NCBI RefSeq assembly: GCF_006345805.1
Contig: NW_021835312.1
Span: 1 to 58,686, forward strand
Direction of reading: 5' to 3'
Origin: Octopus sinensis
Taxonomy: Eukaryota
Length of the DNA stretch: 58,686 bases
Part shown: positions 37,104-49,189 of the stretch, piece after piece
Layout of the letters: every line of letters begins with the position of its first letter
Position numbering within the stretch: the first letter of the stretch is position 1
Notes under the pieces: model-generated
Told to the model about the DNA's origin: nothing
Database searches by the model: none
What the model saw: only the letters and a program-made list of their open reading frames with translations
Position numbers and translations under genes: made by a program

Positions 37104-40100
37104 TCACCATCTTTTTTTAAAACATTCGCTAGACAAAACTTGCCTCTCTACTCTCACTTTCCTTTTCAAGTGGTACTTGAAGAAGTTGATGAGAGATTGA
37201 CCAGAGAGGAAAGTGTTTGTCTCCAATCCTTTCAGACGCGTCCACCAGATACATTCTTTCGCCATAGCCACAAGGATGATGAAAATAGCTCTTCCTTCCC
37301 GTTTGAAGGAAGGAGGCGTGACAATATTGACGATAGACTCAGCTGATAAACCGACTCGTCCCACACGTGACAGCAGTTGTTCGACATAAGCCCACAGGTC
37401 GGAAATTGTTGGACACTGAACGAGTGCGTGCAGAACGGTTTCGTCGCTCTGACCGCATCTCGGGCAGGTCGGCCCCGTGTTTCTCGAGCCGTGTCTGTAG
37501 AGCTTATCCCGAACGGGTAGCGCTTCTCGGTAGCACTGCCAGGCCAGGGATCTCTGGAAGTTGTCCATGGGCCCTGGCCCGAAAGTCGTCCCGAACAGGC
37601 GGGTCAGGTACTCCTCGTCGACGTCCAGGTTCGCCCCGAGCTCGTCGTCGTACCTCCCCTCCACTAAACCCCTATAGAATGCTTTGGTTGTGTTGAAGTC
37701 ACTTAAGGTCGACCCAGGACGGCAGAGTTGCTTGAGAGCAACGCGACACTCGCGGTGCCATTCGCCCTTCCTCGGCCTCTTTTTGATCCACGACTGCAGT
37801 TCGGTCATGGAGACGAGCTGCGGGAAAGCGTGCCTCACAAACGGCGACCACACCTGTTCACCGTCGTCTACATAGAGCCAGAGATGTCGCAGTCTCAGCG
37901 CGTGTCTGCGCATCATCAACCACGGCATGCCCAGCCCTCCTTTTAACGGGTGTTGACAGCAAATGGATCGCCTGACCATCGGGACGCATCCTTTCCACAA
38001 GAAGCGAAAGAGGATGCGTTGTAGTTTGGTGATGGTAGGGTCGGGACAAGGTACGACGGTCAGCGGCGGTAGTAGATGACGGACGCGATGTACGTGTTCG
38101 CCACCTCCGCTCGACCTTTTAGGGACAGTTTCCTCTCGGCCCATTGCCGGGCGAGAGTGACCACCCTACTCGTTATCTCGTTCCAGTTCTTCTTCCACTT
38201 GGAGGTCCGGACCAAACCAGACCCCGAGCAACTCAACCGGGCCGTCGGTCCAGCGTCCCACGACGGAGGCGCTGGTGGACGGCATGGGCTTGCTTCTCCA
38301 GGTGCCTAGTCGCAAGCCCACTGACTTTTCCCGGTTGATTTTCGCTCCTGTCACCGCTTCGTAGTTTTTCAGTGTCTCGCCGACCAGCTCGATGTGCTCG
38401 TGGCTAGACACTATGACGGTGACGTCGTCCGCGTATGCAGACACGCTCGTCCCGCATCCCAATTCTCGCGGGATGCCCCTTAGAGTCGCCAGCTTCCGCA
38501 GTAGTGGCTCAAGAGTCAATACGTATAGAAGCGCCGAGAGGGGGCATCCCTGACGGACCGAACGTGCAATGTCGAAAGGTCTCGATAGATGTCCATTTAC
38601 GCGAATTACCGAACGGATGCCTCTGTACAAGGCAGCTATCCAGCCGCGGAAGACGGGACCGAAACCAGCCGCTCTCAGGACTGCCTCCAAGTATCGATGG
38701 TCTACCCTATCAAAGGCTTTTGATTGATCCAAGTTGATCAGGGCCCCACCCATGCCAGGTTCGTTAACTACCCTGTCTATGATGTAGCGCATCAGATGGA
38801 GGTTGTCATGGATGGTCCGGCCTGGCACGGCGCATGTTTGCGCCTTGTCGACCAGTTTCTCGATGACAAGCGCCAACCTCTTGGCTAGCACCTTGGCCAA
38901 AATTTTCAAGTCTGCATTAAGCAGAGTGATGGGCCTAAAGTTATCTATTACATTTCCCTTGTTTAGATCTTTCTTCAGCAGTGTTACGGCTCCTCGGCTC
39001 ACAAAACCAGGAATGCTCCCGTTTTGCTGCCAGTTGCAGTACACCGCCGCCAAGAGATCTCCAAACAAGTCTGGCATACAATTGTAAAGCTCGTAGGGTA
39101 GACCATCCAAACCCGGTGATTTGTCCCTCGAGCATTCTGCCATCGCTTCCCGCACTTCCGCCGCCGTGATGGCACCTTCGCAGCACCCTGCCTTTCTTGT
39201 CGAGAGTCGTGGTAGGCTATGTAGGTAGGCACTGAAGTCCACCCTACGTTCTTGCCCTCCACTCGTTCCGAACAGTCGGGCAAAATGCTGCTGAAAGGCC
39301 TCACACATTTTACTTGGCTCGAGCAATTCGCGCCCCTGTTCATCTACCAGTGACCGAATGGTGGCTTTGTTGCCCTGTTGCGCCTCTGCCACCCGGGCCT
39401 CTCTCGCGGCTCCAACACCTTCGTTCCTTAGAGCACGCATCCTAGCTCTGACAGCACATCCTTCGTGTTTGGCGTTGAAGTGTTGGTCGAGGGCCAACCT
39501 CGCCGCCAAAACGTCGGATGCGATGCCGCTTCTAATTGCCTCTTCTAGCTTCTTAACTAGCTCACCCTCTACTCTATTTCTATCTATGGCTAGTGCTTTG
39601 CTGTACCTAATCGCTTCTGCTTTTACTGCTCTCTTGAGGGCAAACCACCATTTGTTGTTGATGATGGCTCCCGTCAAAGCCCTCTTTACTAGTGTGCTAA
39701 TCCGGTCTCTGAAAACTTGTCTCGATGGGAAAGACGCGTTTAGTTTCCAGTATCCGGGACCCTGCCTAAGTGTCTTACCTAAGTCTAGCGTACATGTCAC
39801 AAGTTGTGATCCGTGTAGCTGACTATGTGGAATTGTGGACATCCTATGCTATCTCTATCTACTGTCCTACACAGTATCCTATCTAGATACGATCTCGACG
39901 ACCCGATGCGGTTGCTCCATGTCCACGTTGGCGCATTCGGGTGGTCTAGTCGAAACCTGTCAGACAGTTGAAAGCGTCTGAGCAGGTCTCTGAGGCATTT
40001 GCATCCCCGTCTATTCCTATCTCTACCCACGTAGTCTACATGCGTGTCCAAGGTAGCATTCCAATCCCCCACTAAGAGTAAAGGACGAGACGTTCCCAAG

Positions 40101-40486
40101 AAAACTTCTAGACGTTGAAAGAAATCCGCCCGACCTGTTAAGGGCGGTGCGTAAACTGATACGAGCCGAAAAGCGCACCCATTGCTGCCGTCGACATCCA
40201 GGACGACCAGTCTACCCTCCGGGTCTACGAATATTGTCCTTACATTGAGATCCAGACTCTTGTGAAAAAGTACCGCGGTGCCACTACCGCCCATTCTCGG
40301 CAGACAGGGGGAAAAATAAATGTTGAACTGTCCGCCAAACATGGTCTTTAGGGCCCGCGGATTGTGGAGTCTGGTCTCGCTTATGGCTATGATTTCTAAC
40401 TTATGTGACTTTATGTCATTTAAGAGGTACCCTTGTTTCCAAGGGGACCCCAAGCCACGCGCATTTACACAACCAATCTTGATCAT
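37104..40486 (-). CDS. Tx1 ORF2 (APE endonuclease, reverse transcriptase, C-terminal zinc finger), broken by at least 3 small indels
   Basis: APE: CVNARGL, IAISETR, GDWN, SYLDRI, TDH. RT: KSPGLDG, FRPITLLNADLKILAK, LDQSKAFDRVDH, RQGCPLS, YADD. Then RKLSLKGRAEVANT and CPRCGQSDETVLHALVQC. Frame breaks near 39810, 38195 and 38070. Confidence 0.92.
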
Positions 40487-40899
40487 AGTTCTAATGAATT
40501 AGAATACAGAGGGTTACTTACTGCTCGAAAGTTTTTGCTTTCTCCTCCGTTGGTTGTCCTCGAGAAGATCCCAGTACAGTTTCTTTGTGAGATATTTTTG
40601 GCATTTACCAACCGCACTGGGGAAAATGCCTTTGAGTGTGTGGTGCAGACTTTTGGAGATGTGTATTATTTGATGTGGTCTGGTGGTGTTGTGTATGGGG
40701 TGGTTGTTTGTTTTTATGTCATCTTCTGTTATGTTTGTTTTTGATTGGATGTATTCCATCAAATTTGTGTTTTGGTGTCTATGGCTGTGAGCATGTTTGC
40801 TGTATATGTTTTTGTGGTGTTGGTGTGGCTGTTGTTTGCGTTGGGTTTTGAAATGTCTTCGGGAGATGTATTTCCCCCTGCTTTGTTCGTGTTTGCATT

Positions 40900-42270
40900 T
40901 GGTTTGGTTGTGTTTCTGCTCTTTATTTTCCTTCTTTTTGTAGCTATTTGCCATTCCTCACTGGTTTCGTCTTCCGACGAAATTTCTGAGGAATCAGAAG
41001 GGGGTAGGGGTATGTTGTGGGCTTCTATGTATGTCTGTGTAAGTGTTTTGTTGTGTTTTCGTTGTTGTTGGTTGTTGAGTGTTTGTGTGTGTTGAGTGCG
41101 GTATAAGGGATGGGGGATCAGTTTGTGTGTGTTTTCTTTGTTTTTCTGTTCCTTTGGGTTTTGCTGTTGTGGTAGTGTTGGTATTTTTCCAGGTGTCGAG
41201 TGGTTTTTGGTTGATGACGGATTAGCTTGGTGTGCTTCTCTTGTCGTCTTCTGTGTTGATGGTGGTGTGGGTAGTAGAGCTTTTTTTCCGGAGTGCTTTG
41301 GTTGTGGTAGTGGTTGTTGTTGTTGCTCTTGGTGTGTGCATGGTTGGGCACGTCTTTTTCAAGTGTGTTTCGCTTCCACACAAATAGCAGCGTGGTCGCC
41401 TGCCCTCTACCACTATATAGAGTTTGTAGCCTCCTGGCAGTTCTATAGCGGTGGGTATCTTCTCTCTTGCTGCTTCATCCAATTGAAGCAGGAATTCGAT
41501 TGATTTGCCCACATAGTCTTTCTCTCCTAGAACCGCGATTTCCAGGATGTTTGTCTCTGACATTGTCTCTGACATTTCAAAGCAGATGGCAGAGACCACC
41601 CATTGTGTTTCGACATCAAATGGTATGTTTTTTATTTGGACTTTCGTGACCCTTTTGTTTAAATAGACTGGTATCATTACCAAGTCGTCCGAATGTAGCT
41701 CCAATGTGGAAAAACGTTTTGCTAAACTTTCGTTGAGGAAACGTACTTGGACTGTACCAAATTTGTTTCCCCAACTGATATATTCCTTGGAGTCCCATAC
41801 AGGACGAAGGCATTTATCGATTTTTTCCTGCGGTGCATTTTCTGTTCTTCTTGTTTTTTGTTTATTACTTTATAAATTATTGTTTTTTTTTGCGTGTTTT
41901 CCACGATGTGTTGTGGAATATGAAGGTGCAATTTGTCTCCTTCTTTGGAGAAGAGTGCCTTTGTGCGGTTTATCTCTTGTGTGGTGAATGTTACAATTGT
42001 TCTTTTTTTGTTTTGTTACGTCCGCAAATTCGTTTTGAATTTGGCAGTAGAAGTGTTAATTGTGGCAGTGTTAATTGAAGTCATGGTAGTGGTGTTGGTG
42101 TTGGCGGTATTAGCAGCAGAAGGCTTGGATGTAGCATTTGACGTCGTAGTAGTGGTGTTGGTGTTGGCGGTGTTGTCTTTGGTAGGCGGCTTTGTGCCAA
42201 TTTCGTTGTTGTTGTTGTTGGTGGTGATGTGTGGTGGTGCTGGCATTCATGTTTTCGTTTGTATTCATTT
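40900..42270 (-). CDS. Tx1 ORF1 (gag-like, single CCHC zinc knuckle), frameshifted; boundaries approximate
   Basis: RRPRCYLCGSETHLKKTCP lies in 41222-41704. The frame stays open upstream (QEKIDKCLRPVW...GTVQVRFLNESLAKRF) to a probable indel in an A-run near 41860. Both flanks are low complexity. Confidence 0.7.
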
Positions 42271-42736
42271 TTGAAATCCCTTTCTCTGTCCCTTTATCAT
42301 CAACAAGTGGTGTGGGAGTGAGGGGAAATCTAAGTTAATGTCTTTGGTCGCGGCGATGGTGAATGCGACGTTAGATTTGTTGTTGTTGTTGGTGGTGTGT
42401 GATGGTGGTGACAGCGGTGTTCACGCTGCGATGTTTAGCAGCTAGTGGTAGCAATAGTGTTTTGCTACCGTTCTGCATGACTGGCGGGCTAGCCACGTGG
42501 TTCTAGTTGCCATTTTCAAAATGAAAAATGGCTAAAAAACCCACGAAAGTTTTGAAAGTTTTTTTGTAATTTCGCCCATACAGGGGCGGAATTCTACGTG
42601 AATAATTCTCAGGTTTTTTAGTGAATGAATTTGCACAACGATTAAAACAAAATATTGACAACAAGGAGTTTTAAACATGTGTAAAAGTGGCCAACTTACT
42701 TGGAGCCGATATGACTAGCGTCCGTCCATTGTGAGA

Positions 42737-42763
42737 GATATAGATAGATAGATAGATAGATAG

Positions 42764-42815
<52 letters not shown>

Positions 42816-42909
42816 CACATAGATAGATAGTAGAAGATAGATAGAAGATAATAGATAGATAGATAATAGAAGATAGATAGATAGAAGAGACATATAGATA
42901 GATAGATAG

Positions 42910-42969
<60 letters not shown>

Positions 42970-43020
42970 CAGACCTATAGACAGACACATAGAAGGACAG
43001 ACAAACAGGCAGATAGATAA
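42737..43020. repeat. (GATA)n array at the 5' flank of the LINE
   Basis: Directly visible. Confidence 0.95.
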
Positions 43021-43399
43021 CTAGTTTAAAAATAAGGTAACAAAAGAATAAGCGAAAATTAGCGTAAGATAAAATATTTATTTTGAACTCTGTTTGTGTG
43101 TGTGTGTGTGTGTGTGTGCATATATACGTATACACATTTGAATATGTATATATACCCACAGAAATAGAAATTCAATATTTACATGATTGCATATTCAAAC
43201 ATGTTCATGTTTATAAATAGGTGTGTATTTATATATATTCGCATAGTTAAAAAAAATATTCCAGTATTTACATCCAGCGTATTTTTTCAATGGATACGTA
43301 TTTGTGTGTGTGTGTGAGGAAGTATCTCTGTATGTAGTGACTATGCATTTCTTTCAAATATTATCGTAAATAAGTATGTATACATGTATTCATCTTAGT

Positions 43400-43486
43400 A
43401 TTTATGTGTCAATACACACACATATATATATACACATATACGTATTAACACTTATATACATACATTATATATAATATATATATATG

Positions 43487-43519
<33 letters not shown>

Positions 43520-43683
43520 GTATATATACTTATCTATATATACTTATATATATATATACATGTATTCATATATATATGTATATATATATATATATGTAAA
43601 TATATATGATATACATATATATATATATATGTATATATATATATTTACATTAATATTATATATATATATACATATATACATAT

Positions 43684-43729
<46 letters not shown>

Positions 43730-43749
43730 GTATGTATATACCTATATAC

Positions 43750-43790
<41 letters not shown>

Positions 43791-43800
43791 AGATACGTAT
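43400..43800. repeat. (TA)n-rich microsatellite
   Basis: Directly visible. Confidence 0.95.
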
Positions 43801-43879
43801 ATGTACCTGTATGCGTTGTATCGTTCTGTCTGTATGTGGTGTGTGTGTGTGTGTGTGTATTTTGTTTTGTACGAATGCG

Positions 43880-44250
43880 TTTTATGATTTAATCCTAATT
43901 CTGAAAGATGAAGAGTCAGGATTAATCCTACACGACAACATTTTAGAACAAGAGGAATGATGGCGGAATAGGGAAAAGGGGGATACGTGTGCTAGAAAGG
44001 GAAGGAAAAAAAGGAAAGGGATTATGGTGTGAAGAAGACCTTAGAATTCATTTACACTGGGCCTTATTTGTCCCGAGGGGGCGCGGGTCTAACTAATCTG
44101 CAGGGAGCGGCCTTTTATTATGTGGCTTGACTTAAAAGGCCATAAGTAAGTGAGAGCTAAGTAGCCGCACCCCGCCTCGCCCAGCTAAGGCCCCCAAAAA
44201 ATTAAGTGAGTTAAGTGATGTCAAAACAACCCAGCTGAAGCATCGACGGA
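43880..44250. promoter_or_regulatory. Candidate cis-regulatory island
   Basis: Unique sequence with clustered TAATCC/GGATTA, TTAAGTG twice and a CTCF-like TCCCGAGGGGGCGC (44071-44084). Motif-level evidence only. Confidence 0.2.
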
Positions 44251-44689
44251 GAACCCTACCACCACCTCCACCACCACCACCACCACCACCACCACCACCA
44301 CCACCACCACCGCCGCTGCTGCCAGCTCCACCTTCACCGTCACAACCGTCGCCATCACCCCACCACCATCACCACCACAAAGAACAACAAAAACAACACC
44401 GTCGCCACCGCCACCTCCGCCACTAATACTCTAATAGAATTCGGACGTCTGGATGCTGGTATGCTTGTTTTTCGCAATGGTTACATAGATCTAAGTCAAT
44501 AAGGGGTCAGAATATGTATGAATGTATGCATGTATGTATGTATGTATGTATGTATGTATGTATGTATGTATGTATGTATGTATGTATGTATGAATGTATG
44601 TATGCATGTATACATGTAATATATAGGTGTGTGTTGGTGTATATATATACATATATATATATATAATTATATATATATAATATATATAT

Positions 44690-44905
44690 AGTTAATCCAA
44701 ATATGAAAACACAAAGGAAAACACAACAACGCGAGGTCGAGGAACAAGGATAGTGTTATTGGACGTCAGGAAAGAAAGAAGAAGGAGGATTTAACGGTTC
44801 GAAACATAGGAAAAGGAAGATCCAAAGAAACATAGGAAAAGGAAAGATCCAAAGAAGGGAAGACAGAGGACAAAAAATTGCCGACGGTACACACGCGGTC
44901 GTTAT
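44690..44905 (-). mobile_element. Copy of the 33625-33830 unit lacking the hammerhead core, in (TA)n
   Basis: Collinear flanks (GTTAATCCAAA...TTATTGGACG...TTTAACG / GAAACATAGG...) with the central motif missing. Confidence 0.7.
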
Positions 44906-45824
44906 ATATATATATATATGTATGTATTTATGTATGTTTCTATGTATGTATATATGTATGTGTGTGTTTATATTTTTGTATGCGTATCTATTAATGTATG
45001 AATGTATGCAAACATATGTCCTTCCACACGCCGCCCCTTTACTGTGAAGTTGAAAGGTTAATGATTTCAAACGGGGACTTATTTTGTATAATACGCACTC
45101 CATACACACGCATTCATTCAGATACATATACATACATATATACACACATATATCTATTTTAAAGAAATACGAGTGTGTATGCATTCGTTCACATGTATAT
45201 CTATCTAAATACCTTTATGTATATCGTTCTTCCTCTACTCTATATATTTATCTCTGTATATATAATATATATATATATATATATTATATATATTGTTATA
45301 TTTCGGAATGGTCATTTTGCCAGTTTAGCCAATAAAAACACACGCACTATATATTTGGTGTTACTTTGCTTCAGGGTAATTATTTTTTACATTAATCTAA
45401 TCTATTTCGGCCAGAGTTCTTTCGTCACACGCTGTGCGACCGCATCGGTGGTCCTTTTTTCTTCTTTCTTATTTGTGTCTCTCCTTACTAACCGTCAACA
45501 ATTTTGTATTTCTATTGTATGTCTTCATTTGCGCATGCTTATATCTCTATGTGCGTCTATGTTTATTTAGTGTGTGTGGGGGGGGATGCCTGTAATATTT
45601 GTATCTTCTGTTTATATACGTTCATGTAATTTATTCGCACAAATATGCAACCGAAGAGTTTAAAGTACCAGTAATGATTAGGCTGTAGAACACAAGCATG
45701 GCTTAAACAGTAAGCTTGGCAGGAAAGAAATGTGCTTTTAAGCAGTACAAAAACAACAAAAAATGGAAGGTGCTGTTATGTACAGGTTGACGGAAGAAAG
45801 GCAGAACAAAAACGGCTTTATCGA

Positions 45825-45990
45825 TCGCATTCTCACCTGGAATCGATTTTTGTAATTTTTTCAAGATTATACACGCCCTGATACCGTCGGTATCTACATA
45901 TCAAATTTGAGCGCAATCGGTTGGAGGATGCCCGAGATCCTAGAAGACCCACACACAGACAGACAGAACGGATTTTATATAATAGATTAA
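45825..45990 (+). mobile_element. Possible Helitron/Helentron-type non-autonomous element end
   Basis: CAAATTTGAGCGCAATCGGTTGGAGG...(ACAG)n...TTTTATATAATAGAT resembles the architecture of Lep1/HINE-like element ends. Confidence 0.35.
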
Positions 45991-46148
45991 CAGCAATAGC
46001 AACACCAATAACAACAACAAAACAATAACAGGAACAACAACGAACTGTAACGTGAGCCCTAAACGGCAATAAAGATACTAGACAAGACTCGTAAAAATAG
46101 CTACATCCGTAACGCAAGCTAACAGCATCATCAGCAAACAGTAACGTC

Positions 46149-46305
46149 GGAGTTCTGGCTGCGTGGCAAGAAGTTTCATTCCTGAGCACATAGGTTACGA
46201 GTTCAGTTCCACCACTTGGCAACTTGGGCAAATTTTTTTCTGTCAGTCTCGGACTCTCCAATGTCCTGTGAGTGGATTTGGTAGACGGAAGCCCTAAGCA
46301 GCGCA
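46149..46305 (+). mobile_element. SINE family B head, degenerate
   Basis: TGGCTGCGTGGCAAGAAG...GAGTTCAGTTCCACC...GTGAGTGGATTTGGTAGACGGAA. Confidence 0.75.
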
Positions 46306-46364
46306 TTATAAATATATATATACATACATACATACATACATACATACATACATACATACATACA

Positions 46365-46396
<32 letters not shown>

Positions 46397-47236
46397 CTGA
46401 TATGAAAAAAAACAAATTTCAATGTTGAGAAAAAATCTTTAGAAAAATAGAGAATTTTAGAAGATTAAAATTAAGCTAAAGAAACGCTGTTTAAATAACG
46501 GAGTTTCAAAATGGCGTATAGCAACAAAATATAAAAATATAAAATATAGGAGGATAAAAAGTTTAGTGGAAACTACACGTCTAAAAAAATTGATGTGAAA
46601 ACAGCTAACAAATAAAAGTAGACTATAAAATAATATATAAATACAAAACGATTTTTTACCGTTGGGCAGGATCGAAATCGTGACCTTTATGGTTAAGTGT
46701 TGCCGCTTTTAAAATGGGAAAGGTGCCATAACTTCCTCCACCCTCCATTGACTTAAAGAGTTCTCACCTTTGCCACTGTCATTGTTATTCAACATTACAT
46801 AATGCTTAACAAATTACTCACAAATCTTCATTACGCTTTGTGGTCTTTTTCTTCAGAATTTTTCATTTTTCTTTTATTTGGCCCTTTCCATCATCCTCAT
46901 CCTCATCATCATCATCATCACGAACATCATCATCAGCAGCAGCAACGTCATCATCAGTATCATCATCATCGTCATCGTCCTCAACAGCAACAACAATTAC
47001 ATCATCAGCACCTATCGAATTCATTCCGCTATTGATCGGTCCCTCCTTCTCTATCGAGCTAATAGTTTTATGCGTAATACTGCTGATGTTCACATGCACG
47101 CTCAGAAAAACTGAGAGAAAGAGGGAGCAAGTGAGAGAGAGAGAGAGAAAAAAAAAAAGAGAGAGAGAATCTTTAATATACATACATCTATATGGTTACA
47201 AATTCTTCAGTAGTTCAAACACATATACAAACGCAC

Positions 47237-47299
<63 letters not shown>

Positions 47300-47449
47300 A
47301 CATACATACATATATATATACATGCATACATACAGACATACATATATATATATATATACATAATACATAAATATATATACACATACATATACATATAAAT
47401 TTAGTTAGATAGACAGACATATAGATAGATAGATAGATAGATAGATAAG

Positions 47450-47515
<66 letters not shown>

Positions 47516-47533
47516 GATAGATAGATGGATATA

Positions 47534-48420
47534 CGAGGTATGATCAATAAGTATCCGGACCCTAGCTATAGTAACGATGCTAGAACACAGAGTGAAGCCG
47601 CTTGAAAAAATTGACTTTCAACTCTGCTGTCCATGCGAACTACGTTTTAAGATTCTAGCTCACTTCTGATGCTCACCGCAATGGCTAATAGGAAGGTGTG
47701 TAGCATCTGATCGTCGCAGCGACCGTGAAAAAGAAAGTTGGCATGGCAATACCTGCTCAGAGGTCTAGACAAAGTCGGGGAAAGTGTATGGAGAGGAGTA
47801 TATGATCTGGCTGCACACAAATGTACGAGTGTTTCAGACGTTTCGAAGATGGTCAAAAAATTGCCGATCTTGACGATCGTTGTGGAAGACCCGAAACCAG
47901 CAGAAATGAGAAAAACATCGCAAATGGGCTTGCAGCTCTGAGGGAAAATCGTCGAAACACCATCCGTGAGTTATCAGAGGATGTGCATATTAGTTACGGT
48001 TCAGTTCAGTCCATTGTCACTGAAGATTTGGGTATGAGACACATGTCTGCCAAGTTTGTGCCAAAACTGCTTCCAACTGACCAAGAAGACACTTGGTTTC
48101 AGTTGCACAAGATATCTTTGATTGTGTCGAGAACGGTGAAAAATTTCTTTAAAATTTTGCGTAGGCCTCTGGGCAGGTATCACCAAACTTTTGGCAACAT
48201 TTTATACAGATTGTCTGCTCAACTTTCTCTCTCATGGTCAATGCGACGATCACACGCTACACACCTTCCTTCCAGGTACTGTTGTAAACAGTGGAAGTGA
48301 GCAAGAACGTTAACTGTAGATGCGCATGTAGAGCAGTATTCGAGATCAATCTGTGCTTGGAAGCTTTACTTTCCATGTTTTAGCTTCGTTACTGTGTCAA
48401 CAGTCCGGATACTTATTGAT
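47534..48420 (+). mobile_element. Internally deleted mariner element
   Basis: TA then left TIR CGAGGTATGATCAATAAGTATCCGGAC; partial right TIR GTCCGGATACTTATTGAT (48403-48420). The transposase relic runs ...RRFEDG...DDRCGRP...TIRELSEDVHISYGSVQSIVTEDLGMRHMSAKFVPKLL with no DD34D domain. Confidence 0.85.
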
Positions 48421-48641
48421 TTATAAACAGTTAATGCATCTCAACGCGCGTTTCCGCAAATTACGTCCCTTTAGATCACAGTCCGTATTCTTGAGATGAT
48501 TATAGTGTTGTCCATATTAACCGTAAGTATCGGGTTGATTATCATCATGGATTCATTTCTTCAGGCGATATAACATTAATAGAAGCATTAAATGTCTATA
48601 AATTCCATCGAAGGATTATTATTATTATTATTATTATTATT

Positions 48642-49189
48642 GAGTGAGAGAGCAGTTCATGCCATCAAAGTGACACTGGGGTAAAATATACGAATCCCAA
48701 TATACCCATCATGACTACCCGTCTGATAAAGGTACACCAGGCACATGCATCACAACCATATGTGCGCGACATGGTGATCTCATATCAAGATAAACAGCAC
48801 ATGACCTTGCAGGTGGGGCCCAGTTAGAATTTTCTTCAGGTTGAGTAGCCCATCAAAAGGTCCCTGAATAAGGGTTGTTTAAGGATGTTGAAAGAACCAC
48901 CCATGTTTCCAGAGGTGAATTATTCAACCCCAAAAGAATGCCTCTCAACACATGGCTATGATGCTCCCCCACTACTTCTGCTCGTGATCAGAGATGCACA
49001 TATCGTCAGCCACTAAGGGACATGCTCAACTAGTTAAGGTCAAACAACTGACAAGCAAATCTGTGGTATTGAGCAGAATATTTGCTGTAGCCCATCTTTT
49101 AGACCAAGACAAAACAATGTACATGATAACACTTCCAATCAGTTAAGATCAGAAGCCATGAGAGCCACTGCCTGGTACTGCATCAGGGC

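Larger units (their letters stand above)
36647..42736 (-). mobile_element. Full-length Tx1/L1-clade non-LTR retrotransposon (~6.1 kb) flanked by (GATA)n
   Basis: ORF1 with a CCHC knuckle, ORF2 with APE, RT and zinc finger, and a 3' UTR ending AATAAAGAAACA without poly(A). Pure GATA arrays abut both ends. Confidence 0.9.

Noticed and set aside
37367-39822. Plus-strand ORFs overlapping the RT
   Set aside because: Antisense shadows of the GC-rich Tx1 ORF2 with no independent motifs.
45395-45450. Minus-strand GTGACGAAAG...GGCCGAAA hammerhead-like motif
   Set aside because: Non-canonical core, and I could not form stem II or stem I convincingly; at best a decayed copy.
46655-46700. Minus-strand tRNA T-arm-like stretch
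   Set aside because: Too short and degenerate to assign.
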